Of a DNA stretch of 64,000 bases, positions 38,194-50,550 are shown piece after piece. Position numbers and translations under genes: made by a program. Within the stretch, counting starts at the first letter, position 1. Each line of letters opens with the position of its first letter. Source of the DNA: Lama glama (Eukaryota); NCBI GenBank assembly GCA_028534125.1, contig CM052816.1, forward strand, positions 96,846,001 to 96,910,000, in the 5' to 3' direction. Under the pieces are notes generated by a model that was not told the DNA's origin, did no database searches, and saw only the letters and a program-made list of their open reading frames with translations.

Positions 38194-41100
38194 TAGCTAT
38201 TGATTACTGATTATATAACCTGCTGTTTTACTAAATTCTCTTGTTATTTGTAGTAACTTTCCATTGGTTCTTGTGAATTTTTAAAATTTAAAATCATATT
38301 ACTTACAAAAATATATAGTTTTACCTATTTTGTTCTAAACCCTCTGCCTTTAAGTGCTTTTGTCCTTAATTTTGTCCAAGAATTATGCCTATAACAACAG
38401 TATTAATATTGTTTTTTACCTGATGTCTGCGAGCTGGTCTCAGAGCTGGAGTAGTCTACTTTTAAGTCTCATTGGAAAGGGAAGCATGAAAACAGAGAAG
38501 GAGAACCTTAATATACCAGCAGTTTTCACCCTGTTGGAGTCTGCTTACTGAGCTCGCATGTGGACGTGCCCTAACACACAGGGGGTGCCCCGGGGCAGTG
38601 AGACAGAGGACGTTTCTCATCCCCCCAAACTTTCTTACCCTGAGAACAAGCAGTAAGAGACATTTCCTCCTTTCCTGCTTTGAGACACAATATCTCTTTG
38701 CAATGGCACTTCATTAGGGCCTTTGGAATGGATGTCTCACAGCCTGGAGGAAGGTCATCCTGCCATACAATGACACTGCATCTTCTTTGAAATTGTGATG
38801 AGAAAAACAGAGGCAGTGGACTCCAGGGGCTTTTGAGCAAGTGTCTTTTAAGACCTAGTTGGACAATCCTCAGACTAGCTCTGGAGGGGCACGCCTATGA
38901 AGCATTTTATGGATGGACGCTTGGTGTTAGGCGTAGGGAACTGATGACTCCATACAAAGAGGTCATATGCAGGCTTCCAACATCTGAGCTGTTGCCGGTG
39001 CTAAAACCATGCTACTGAATCCAACTTTTAGCATTCTTAGGTACTGATGAAGAAAGCTCTTAATTGCATGGGTTGAGAAGTATGAGGTCATTGCTCAGCA
39101 AATATTTAAGGCCATATGTTAATTTTGTTGTAACATTCCATATTTCAGATGGAACGGTACTCAGACATGGAGGAACTAAAAAGCAAATCAGATTTCCTAA
39201 GTCTTGTTCTGATAGTGGAAGAAAGAAAAGCAGTGTAGCAGGCTTTGTGTACACATAGGCATTCCCCTATTGCCAGAAACATTTTATGTTGTTTCCAGAA
39301 TTCACGCACTTTATTTTCTGAAACTGTTGATGCTCACTTGGTGTTTTCAACAGACAGTTTAAAATTCTATCTATGTTAGCTTTTCTTTTTTAAGCCATCT
39401 TTTGTAATATATGTATGTGCTACCTTAGAAGAGAAAAATGTGGTTTCGACTGATCTCTGCAGTGAGCATAATTTTTAGTATCCTCTGGTAGTTAAAGTGG
39501 AATCTTAAATTTATTCATACCTTGAGACTCAATAGTGAGGGATCTCTCAGAGTTTGCATCTGAAGAATTCTATGCAAATTACAATATTTCGAATTGAAGC
39601 ATATTTTAATGTCGTAGAGAAGTTCACTGTGTGAAAAAGCAAAAGTCAAAAACTTTTTTAAAGTGAAGACTTGGCTCTTTATTTGTTTTCCTGTAAGACC
39701 AAGTTCAGACTAATTTAATTTTCCTCGAGTTTAATACATCTGACTTAGTTTGGGATGTAAAAAAAGAAAAAAGAAAACAAAAACAGAAAACGAAAAAACA
39801 AAAACAAAACTTAAGTTCAGCTTCAGATGTTAGATGAAGCTAATTATTGTGTCCTTGACTGTCTTGTGCAAATCAAGGTGGGTGCATTTGTAAACTCATC
39901 CACTGGCCTCTCTGTGATGATTTGTAAAAGAAGGAACTAGAAGAATGATCTGATTTCTCAATCAAGGAGTCCTGACAGCCAGCACATTAAGAAGCTATTA
40001 ATTCTCGACTTCATCACGCTCATCTCATTCCACACCACAGCTGTCGTAATGATCCTTAGACCAGGTGCTCACTCCACCTACAGAACGTTTCTTGCATCTG
40101 TCCTTTCGTCTCCACTGTCCCTGCCACTAACCTAACCTGCACCTTTGGATCATAATCCCCACCAGGAAACAGTGACTGGGAACCCTCACAATGCATCCAT
40201 ATTGACTTACCCATAAATGATACACAGATGCTACCATATTACGTACATTAAGAAACAAGTACAGAAGATGACATTTAAAGGATGATTTGAAAATAAACGT
40301 ACAGATACCCCGTCTTGATGAAGTGGCGCACGCACCCCAGTTTGGAGACTGTTACTTGGACTATTGCAACACCTCCCCCCACCGCACCTTCCCTCTGCTC
40401 CCCTTTCTCTCCTGCCTTGACACCGACCACTCACTGCCCAGCTTTCCTGGGGTCTCCCTTTGATGACAGCACTTTCCCACTCCAAATATGTCATAATTTC
40501 CAACAGCTTCGAAAAGGAGGTGCATCTTCATTCCCAGCTGACACCCCTCCCCTGGGCAGCAGTCGGCACAGACCGCCTGGTGCGCACCTGCTCACGCCCA
40601 CCCTTTCCCAGGCTGGACAGGTGCATCCTCTCCCCGCTTGGCTTCTACAGGTCTCTACGGAAATCGGCGTGTCACTCCCTAGACTGTACTCACGTTAAAA
40701 AAGCCTTTCACAATATATTAACTATATGACTTTTATACCCATTCATATCCCCCTATTCCTGGAGAGAATTTTGTTTCGTGCTAACTTTAGTTTCTTAGAC
40801 AGGGATATGAGGAAGCAGGTTAGAGAAAACAAACAAACCAAAAGGAAATCAAGTGCAGATGTGTGCTTTTCTTTCTGTTATTTCATGTTCAAACTTCTGC
40901 TTTCCCTCAGATTCCTAACACAAAAAACGTACATAAGCCAATGCAGTTTTGTAAATCGTGAAACTGGGTTTATGTAATATGTTGCTCATGTCCTGGAATC
41001 ACACAGAATCTTCCATTTTATTCTATTTTCTAGGAGAGAAAATATATCTAAAAGAACAAATAAAATCCAAAAAATATATACAGCATTTAGTACCTAAGGT

Positions 41101-41540
41101 AGATTATACACATTTTAGGAAAGCAAACATTTTATATGATTTTATATTCCCAAAAAGGCCTATGGTTAGAAAAATGCTATTTTATTGTGACAACTATATA
41201 CACATGCTCTTTCTTTTGTCTTTCCATGTCTTTCTTTAAACTCCTCCAGAGCGATACAAAAAGCAATAAAGCCACATTTGGACAGGCTGATTCAGTGACA
41301 GATTTCTCAAATGCATGACATTTTGTTTGCTGTATTAAAAGGCCTAAGTGAACTTGGAAGGCATGATAAGGGACTGAATAAAAGACATTTTGACTCTGTA
41401 TCAGCATAAGCATTTGGAGGTTAAACAGTGAAATCAGCATTAAATAACCCAATCCCAGCAAATAACAATTAGTTGAACAAATCTTTCCAGAAAGTCTATT
41501 TTTTCCACTTTTCCCCAAGTAGAGCTAACACCACCTCATA

Positions 41541-42420
41541 TTTTATTTTTAATTTTTATTTTTTTAATTAAAGTATAGCTGATTTACAATATTGTTTCAG
41601 GTGTAGAGCAAAGTGATTCAGTTATGCATGTTTATATATATTCTTTTTCAGATTCTTTTCCATTATAAATTATTACAAAATATTGAATATAGTTACATGT
41701 GCTATACAGTAGGTCCTTGTTGTTTATCTGCTTTAAATACAGCAGTGTGAATCTTTTAATCCCATATGCCTAATTTATCCCCTCCTTTCCCCTTTGGTAG
41801 CCATAAGTGTGTTTTCTGTGTGTGTGAGTCTGTTTCTGTTTTGTAAATGAGTTCATTTGCATGATTTTCTAGATTCCACACATAAATGATATACAATGTT
41901 TGTCTGTTTCTGTCTGACTTACTTCACTTAGTATGATCATCTCTAGGTCCATCCATGTTGCTACAAATGGTAATATTCCTTTTTTTTATGGCTGAGGAAT
42001 ATTCCATTGTGCATATATACCACAAGTTCTTTATCCAGTCATCTGTCAATGGACATTTAGGTTGTTCCCATGCCTTGGCTGTTGTCAATAGTGCTGCTAT
42101 GAACATTGGGGTGCAGGTATCTTTTCAAATTAAAGTTTTCATCTTTTGCAGATTTATGCCCAGGATTGCTGGATCATATACTAACTCTATTTTTAGTTGT
42201 TTTAAGGAAATTCTGAACTGTTTTCCATAGTGGCTGCACCAGTTTACATTCCCACCAACAGTGTAGGAGGGTTCCCTTTTCTCTACACCCTCTGTAGCAT
42301 TTATTATTTATAGACTTTTTGAATGATGGCCATTCTGACCAGTGTGAGGTGATACCTCATTGTAGTTTTGATTTGCATTTCTCTAATAAGGAGTGATGTT
42401 GAGCACATTTTCATGTGCCT
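41541..42420 (-). mobile_element. 5'-truncated L1 (artiodactyl/camelid type)
   Basis: Poly-T tail. ORF 41924-42106 (MFIAALLTTAKAWEQPKCP...WIKNLWYICTMEYSSAIKK) is the L1 ORF2p C-terminus. Degenerate TSD acctcatatttt / atctcatgtttt. Confidence 0.95.
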
Positions 42421-45368
42421 ATCTCATGTTTTTAAATGTATACAGGTTAGGATAACATTTCAACATGCATGCCTCCTCATGAATTCCCACAATAGATTGA
42501 TCCATTCCTGAATTCATTCAGCAATTGTCGTGGGAGAGGAGGCATGAGGAGCAGCGCCTCTTGGCTGGAGGTCATAAGAGACCGGACAGCATAGAAATGT
42601 CCAGGTAGCGGGACTGCTGACCATTCTCTGTGGAGTTTGTTGTAAAATCTCTCCTCCAGATTCCCCACAGAGTCACTGCTGAGGTCCCCTAGCTGAGGGG
42701 CTCTTGGTGCCCCATTTGGAGAAGTGTTGAGGCTTGTGTCTGAGTCACCATGGGGCAGCCTAGAGATCACAAAGGTGTAAGAGCCAAACCCCAAACCATG
42801 GGGCTGTAGGAATGGAGGTGCCTGGGAGCCAAGAAAGTGTGAAGGCTTTAGACATCTCCAAACCATGGAATCTGAGGTTAGAGTGTTCCTTTAACTCTTG
42901 TACAGGTGACAAAATATCAGCATCAAAGGTGGACACCATCTCACTATGTCCTTACGTAAAATGAGCACCACTGGCTTTATCTTTCCCAAAACTAAGAGAA
43001 TGCAAAGAAATCCCAAAATAAAGACCACAGTTAATTCCACTAGAAATGATGTTGCTACTGGTAAGCTTTTAAGGGCCTTAATATAAAAGTTATGTTTATT
43101 GAAATCAGAGATTCTATTCTTGCCTTCATAGTCAGGCATGGACTGGCTTGAATGGAAATTGATGGAACTGAGGAAGCTCTAGGGTATCTCAAAAATGGCA
43201 TTTGTGTTTTGTTACTTCATTGCATATGCTGAGATGTTGACAGCCTGTCCTGCACCTAGAAAATCTATTTGCAATCACCCAAATTTCCTAAAACATAAAG
43301 AACACAAAGACCCTATAATGTTGAAGGACAATTAATCAACATGAAAGCAAAGGATACGAAAGGGCATTAAAGATGAAGTAAATTATACAATCTGCTTTTA
43401 ATTTGATTCCTGAGGAGCTGATAAGAACCCCTCACTAGGAAGTTTCAGTGGTGTGTGGCCACAGGATCATCTGTGACACCCTGCATAATATGAGGGTATG
43501 GGCCATGGGAAATGGGAATGAGGATTTTGCAAAGAATGGTATCTCCCCATATGGAAAGACACATAACCTCTGGATGAAAGGTGAAAAACAAAAGAAGAAG
43601 AGCGAAAGATGTGTTCAAATGCATGCCTTCTTACTGTGTGACCCGTGTCCCAGGCATGATTTACTAGACCTCAGGCAAGTATGTCGACCAGGTCAATGAT
43701 GAAGTTCACTTTGATGTTATAACAGAACACATTGTTCTTTGGCAAAGTCCTAGCTCCACCCCACAATGGGAAAACAAAATTTTATTGAGCAATAAACTAA
43801 GACTGATCCAAGCATTCTGACTTAAACGCTCATGTAGGGGTAAATCTTCAGTCACATCTAAGATTTATTTAACTCAGTTAGGGATTGACATTTGCAGACT
43901 CTAAGGTCTGTCAACCCCCTAGCCAGCTGGTCCATCTGCAGGGAGCGTCTGTCCTTGGCCTTGGCATGGCTGAGTCCCTCCCGGAGTGTGCCAGCACTGA
44001 GCCTGGTGGTGGCCCTCCCCCTGCGCCCGCGCAGATGACCTCCCAGATGCTCTGTCCTGTGCACTCCCAGTGCCCCCAGAGTCACAGCCTGGCCTGGGCA
44101 CTGTGTACTGATGCACGTGCTCTATTATATTCAGGGATTATAAAACAAGAAAGCGTCATAATTAAATAGCATAAATCCATGGTAACTCTGGTTTTTACTA
44201 GTGCCATGATATTAACCAGTAGTCCCTACCTCAGTAGTTAAAATGAGTTTAAATTTAAATTCTCATTAAAGACTGTGGCAGTATCAACTCTCACTCATAG
44301 AAAAGTTGGAAAAGGACATTATCTATCTATCTATCTATCTATATGCATATATACACAGTATAAATATGAAGATTTTATGTTGCTACTTTTCTTTAAATAT
44401 AAGCATTTTTGTCTCATAATTTCTTCTGATTTCTAAAGGACACATAAAATACATGAAAGAAATATCTTGTGTTTATTTTTGAGACATACCCCTTCACTTC
44501 TTAAAATTTTGAATTTTTTGTGAAATTAAATGTAATATAAAACAGCAAAGGAGATTTCAAATAATAAAGGTCAATACAAAAGAAAGAACAGGAGAGGAAC
44601 AACACGAGACACCCAACACAGTGGATTATGTAGCTGACGCTGAATTCGGGCTTTAGTGTCCTGGCAAATACGTTAGATCATGTAATTTTCACAGCTGGCA
44701 AATGCCCAGCCCTGCGCAGTCGGAACACAGCCCCTGGACTGCCAAGGAGGAGAAACAAGCCCCAGCGACCACTCAGCCCAGCCGACTCCTCGCCCCTGGA
44801 CAAGCCAGCCCCGTGGCGGGGAGTGCACACCCAGCGGATGGGGCCAGAATCCCAAGACTGGATTTTAACTGAGTCACTGAGCAGCTAAAAGTTATTTGTC
44901 CACCTCCATAATAGATATAGTCATTCTTTTGTAGTTTTTGTAGCTTTAAATGAGATGCAGTAATCAGCTATCACTGTAAAGTGGCAGTAAAAATAAAATC
45001 TAAAGCACATGAGTTGACATGGAAGGGAGATCTTTTCCTAGAACGGAAATCCTAGAAGAGTCACTATATGGGATCTCATAATCAATTAACTGCAGCACCC
45101 AGGTGCTCTCCAAGAAGACCACAACCCTCCTCAGGACCTAATGGATCCGGGTGATTTGTGCATCCCAGTGCTTCTCACACGCTGTCTTACACACCAGATA
45201 ATGTGCAGCCATTGCATGTTGGCTTATTCACTGAAGAAGCAAAGAAGTGAGGACTTCTGTTTACAGAGGGGCTGCTGGGAGTCAGTCACCCTTCTCAGCA
45301 CCCAGTAGACTTTACCTTCCGTAATTGAATCATGATTACAAACTCGTGAGCAAGATTTTATCCCACTT

Positions 45369-46007
45369 TGTTAGAGCAGGCAGATAGTTAAATATGAGCA
45401 GAGAAAGCAGGGCACAGGCCAAATGGCAGACATTGGGCAGAAAGGAGGGGCTCAGGCCAAATGCAGGAAACCCCACATCACGTAAGCACCAGGGGTCCCC
45501 GGGCAGAGAAGGAAAAGCAGAAACCTCTGGGCTGATAAGTGGTCACACGTTTTGGAGTGATGAGAGGCCTGGAGACAGACAAAGAAAGGTGGGAAAAGGC
45601 AGGAACCTCCAGTGCCCGAAGGTAACCTCTCGCTCTTTATGCACTCATTTCAATAAATTAGCCTTGCAGATTAGAAGTACCCATCATGCACCAATGCCAG
45701 GACACTTCCAATCAAGACTAAATAAGGACAGAAATCCATCCTCCCCTCAGGTGGAGCTGGGATGAAAATCAGCGAATATGATCCCAAACCCTTCCCTCCC
45801 CAGTGAATATTCCACCCATTCATTTTCACACCCTATGCAACCAACTTGCCAAAGAAACTCAGGGCAACCACTCACCTGAACCTGCCTGCTCTCGCCTATC
45901 CATCCCTTAATAAGTTCCACTTTACTTTCTTAGCCTTCGCATCTTGTCTCTGGATTCTTTCTGGGATGGGACAAGAACCTGGACACCAGTTACATCTACC
46001 AGCAACA
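45369..46007 (+). mobile_element. ERV1 solo LTR, family B copy 1 (MER66-like), inserted into a MIR
   Basis: tgttagagcaggcagatag...cagcaaca termini. TSD actt/attt. The flanks rejoin to the MIR phrase tatccca(c/t)tttacag. Confidence 0.9.
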
Positions 46008-46125
46008 ATTTTACAGCCGGGGAAATAAACCAAGAAATTAAATTATTTGCCAAAGATCAAACTGTTCATGAGCCAATTATCAGCATAAAATCATGCTCAC
46101 GTTTGAGTAAAATCCAAACTAAATG

Positions 46126-46170
46126 CTGTTGACCCTTGAACACCATGGGCTTGATCTGCACAGGTCTAGA
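46126..46170 (+). mobile_element. Tigger2/MER28-like terminal inverted repeat fragment
   Basis: ctgttgacccttgaacaccatgggcttgatctgcacaggtc resembles the recalled Tigger2 end CAGTTGACCCTTGAACAAC. Confidence 0.6.
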
Positions 46171-46630
46171 CTCCAGTGTGTGCGTGTATACATGTGTCTA
46201 CCTGGTTGTACGTGTGTGTATACATCACTATATATTTTCCCTTGACCCCACAGCCACTCTGTCATTCATCTATCCACCTTTATTACAAAATACCTCAAAA
46301 GGGTCATCTACATTAGGTGTCCCCAACTTTTTCTTCTCCCGTTCTCACTTGAGAACCACTCCAGATCACATCAAATTACTGTTTTAAAGACATTTGGAAG
46401 AGTTTCTCTCTGTGTGATTATGCCATCAACTCAATATATAGGTCCTTCATTTCATTGTCACTTTGTTTTCAATTGCTGATTCCCTTCTTTAAATTTTGTC
46501 TCATAATTGTTTAAATACCCACTTGTTCTCAAAATTGAGTCTACAAAGGAAAGGACCACTTCTATCCCTGTCTCCTCTGTGCTTCCAACTGATAATCATT
46601 CTCCTAAATTTTACAGTTTACACTTCCCTC

Positions 46631-47049
46631 TTTTTTCATTTTTTTAATGTACTGTTATTGAAATATAGTCAGGTTACAATGTTGTGTCGATTTCTGGTGC
46701 ACTGTACAATGCTTCAGTCATATAGGAACACACATATATTCATTTTCATATTCTCTTTCACCATGAGTTACTACAAGATATTGAATATGGTTCCCTGTGC
46801 TATTCAGTATAAAATTGTTGTTTATCTATTCTGTGTATATTAGTTAGCATCTGCAAATCTCAAACTCCCAATTTATCCCTTCCTACTCTCTTCCTGCCCT
46901 GGTAACTATAAGCTTGTTTTCTATGTCTGTGAGTCTGTTTCTGGTTTGTAAATAAGTTGGTTTGTCTTTTTTTTTTTCAGATTCCACATGTAAGTGATAT
47001 CATATGGTATTTTTCTTTCTCTTTCTGACTTACTTCACTTAGAATAACA
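46631..47049 (-). mobile_element. Camelid-type L1 3' UTR, 5'-truncated
   Basis: ttattgaaatatagtcaggttacaatgttgtgtcgatttctggtg...agattccacatgtaagtgatatcatatggtatttttctttctctttctgacttacttcacttagaat. Followed by TA/CA/TG low-complexity sequence to about 47170. Confidence 0.92.
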
Positions 47050-50000
47050 TATATACATATATATACACATATACACACACATAGATACTTATGCATGTGG
47101 ATGTGTATGTGCTATGTGCATGTACTGTGTGTATATGTGTGTATGTGTGCACGTATGTAATTATGTATGTTTTCTTAGGTAAACAGTATATACTTTCATT
47201 ATTCAACCTGAAAATCATTTTACAGTATTACATAAATGTTATCCCTTACATATTTCTGTGATAGCATAGCACTTTATTTTGTGGATGAGCCATATTTTAT
47301 TCAAACAATTTTCTATTACTGAAAGCTTGAGTAAGGTCAATCATTTTGTTACCATTTTTGTATGTTTTTGACGGAAATCACTAGAGTTAAATTTGGAGTG
47401 TATTTACTTTGGGGGAAAAATGTATGTTCTCTTAATCTGATCTAGTGGTAAAGTGAGTAGTGAAAACAAGAAAATTTTTTTTTCATCAAGAATAATGAGT
47501 AAAATAGGTTTGGATCAATCCTGTGCCAAATTGGTGGGCCCACTAACTTTGACTTTGAGGTTAGTCATTTGTGAAAACACTCAGCCCAGCCAAACTGTTC
47601 GAAGGTGAGCTGCAAATGCAATTAACTTCCACAGCGGAGAGGATGGGCTGTGAAGTGGGGAGTCCTGGGGTTGGCCAAGGACATGGCAGTTTTGCAGCAA
47701 GCGAGGCGCGCCCTCCAGGTGTCCTGTGGAAATCGACTTCACTCATAAAACCTAAGGAGCCAATGAGATGTTTATAAATCGTGAGTCATAAAGCCTGGAG
47801 TAGAGGAGGCGCCCGGTAAATGCCAAACTGTCATTATGATCAACATCAACAAAATGCTGCTGTCGGTCGGGCCACTTCCCTGAATCCTTCCATCCCCTGA
47901 CATTGGAACCGTTGTCGTGGAAGTCTGAGTGCATGCTTTAAATGGAACCCTTCGGCCTGACTTCTTTAGTTGACTTCAATTACTTGAGGAAACTATAGCC
48001 ATTTGTTTCACCCTTTCACTCACATAATCTTTTCGAAATAACTAAGAAATTTAAAATCTCCTGTGAGGATATTATCAGACCAGTGTCAAAAGGGCCAGAG
48101 TGAGACCTTCACATGTGATGATCCTGAATGTATTTAAACCTCAAAATATCCAGTGAATCAATAGCACCGATTTCACTTAATGTGAATATTGGGTTCTGAA
48201 AAACTTCTTCAAATTAGATATTAAAGGAAACCTGCATTATTTTGGAAAACACGTATTTATGTAGAACAAGTGCCACAAAATCCATCAGAGTGATCTACTT
48301 TCCTCATGAGAGACACATGAGAACTTACACGAAAAGCTTAGAAAAGTATTACACTCTAGTCTTTTGAAAGTTGTGGTTTAAAGAAATGGGTGAGAACCAG
48401 TCCTTTGGGGAAGGTAGGGTAAGCGGTCACACAGTTTTCTCGCAATATTTGGGTCAGAATTCTCGTTCAATTAGAATTCTGTATGGATCCCTCTCAGGTA
48501 TTATAATTTAAATTGAATATCACCATGTTGTTATACTAAGGAAAATCTCATCTCCTGAGATCTTCCTTGGCTCAATCCAATATATTTTAGTTATTTTCAC
48601 TGAAAACTCATGACCGATGCAATTAAAATAAATCTACTGCTGAGCACCGTATTTCGGTGTTAACTTTCCATGTGAAAGAGGAGGGAAAGACGGGCACATG
48701 GATGCTGAAGTGGTTTCCAGCCCGGAGCAGACGCCCACGCATTTAGCTACTTCTTATTTCTCAAGCCGGGTTCCCGAAACTTAACATCTACTGAAAGCTG
48801 ACAAAGATTTTTCAAATCATGCTTATAATTAAAACTGCATGAAATTTTTTTCTTACATGAGGATTTACAATTAGCAAAACGTCTAACCCATGGTGGTAAA
48901 CTCATGAATTTAGTGACCTTTATCTTAACACTTCTCTAATGTCCCTAAGATCTGAGATTAACCAATATTTATTATTTCCCTTGACAATACCATTGGAAAA
49001 ATGATAGATATAATTGAAAAAAGCCCAAAGGATTTATTAGATACATGGAATTACTGGCTCATTAAGTTAATAACACACACCATGCCTGAATCTAAATCTG
49101 TCTGTAAATAAACAAGAAAAACCTATTATTCATTTGAGTAGCCGGGATGGTCTACAAACCTGATGAATGAATTCCAGTAAAGCATAAAAGTTAAAAATGA
49201 AAACTCTCAAAATACGTTGAGAAAATCAGTTTCCTGCCCATATCCTTTGATTTCTGGGCTTCAACTCCCAGCATTACAAAGGTCGGCAATGTTTATTAAA
49301 TTAGTCACTATTTCTTTAAAATCCCAATTAGTATTTAAATACTTGTCAGAGAGACTTCAACACTCTTCAGTTTAAATAATCAGCATTCAGTTCTGACATT
49401 AAGATGTTTGATTGGGAAGTGATTTCTAACAACTTTTTATATTTTTTGGTAAAATTCTTAAAACTTGTATATTTTCTAGCACAAGCCTATTCTATCCTGT
49501 TGTCTCCTGATTAATAACATGATCGCAAAGATTCTTTTTAATTCCCTTGATTTCTTTTGTTTCATTTTGCTTCATTTTTGAGTATTTCAGATAATATTGT
49601 TTTTAATAGTGTAGCTCTACATTCGATACAGTGTCTCTAATAACAGTATAAAATTCTTACATTAACATTTGTTTACCCTTAAACATAAGCTTTTCCCCTT
49701 ATGTAAAACTCATTTTATATAAAAGTTCACTGTCATGTCAATGAAATCGAAAGAAATTTTAAATTTTATTCAAACTTCCCATTAATGTTTCTTTCATTGT
49801 GTTCAACTTTGCATAATCATTTTCTTCATATCCTGTTATCCTTTTTAGTGTGTTTCATAAAAATTTAATGTGCTGCTGTTAAAACCAGCTCTATGAGGGC
49901 CATTACTGCTCAGGTGAATGAAGATACTGAATAACAGACAGACTGAAGCACAAGTACGCAGCCCAGCGGCAGAGGACACTATGTGCTCGGCTGGGGTGGC

Positions 50001-50255
50001 AGAGTCTGAAACGGCAAAGTGCAAGAGGCTATTTCAAGGTTTAATTGCTGCACTTAAAGTCATTTGTCAAGAACAGCTCAGCAACCTGTTCACAATTTAA
50101 AGAAAAAATATCACATTCACCAGTTATCACAAAAAATGAAATCCCCATGAAGAGTAAAACATATATATATATTCATTAGTGTGGTCACAGAGCCTAAGGA
50201 AGATACAGAGATTCAGAAATATGATAGGAAAGAAGGAAATATTTCAGAAATATAC

Positions 50256-50300
50256 AGGAAGGAAGGAAGGGAGGAAGGGAGGGAAGAAGGAAGGAAGGAA
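50256..50300. repeat. Imperfect (GGAA)n polypurine repeat
   Basis: Read directly from the sequence. Confidence 0.9.
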
Positions 50301-50450
50301 AATAGGAGGAAGGGCACATCGAATTTTTGTTTATCATTCAGGTGGCCCTGTTGGAGCAACAAAATACAGAACAACTCACTTTGTAATATATTTTAGGTAT
50401 AATTTTTAAATACATATGGTTAAAATATTAATTTTTAGAGAAGAAAAGTA

Positions 50451-50550
50451 NNNNNNNNNNNNNNNNNNNNNNNNNNNNNNNNNNNNNNNNNNNNNNNNNN
50501 NNNNNNNNNNNNNNNNNNNNNNNNNNNNNNNNNNNNNNNNNNNNNNNNNN
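50451..50550. other. Assembly gap (100 N)
   Basis: Run of N. Confidence 1.

Noticed and set aside
41924..42106. Protein-like ORF
   Set aside because: C-terminal remnant of L1 ORF2p in a truncated element, not a host gene.
48643..48660. Small hairpin gcaccg-tattt-cggtgt resembling a tracrRNA/terminator stem
   Set aside because: A 5-6 bp stem in mammalian DNA is expected by chance. There is no CRISPR array or prokaryotic context in the window.
49918..50100. Fragments faintly like a trypsin-family protease (YVLGWG; DTMCSAG)
   Set aside because: The motifs overlap in different frames, and there is no GDSGGP or splice context. Chance resemblance.
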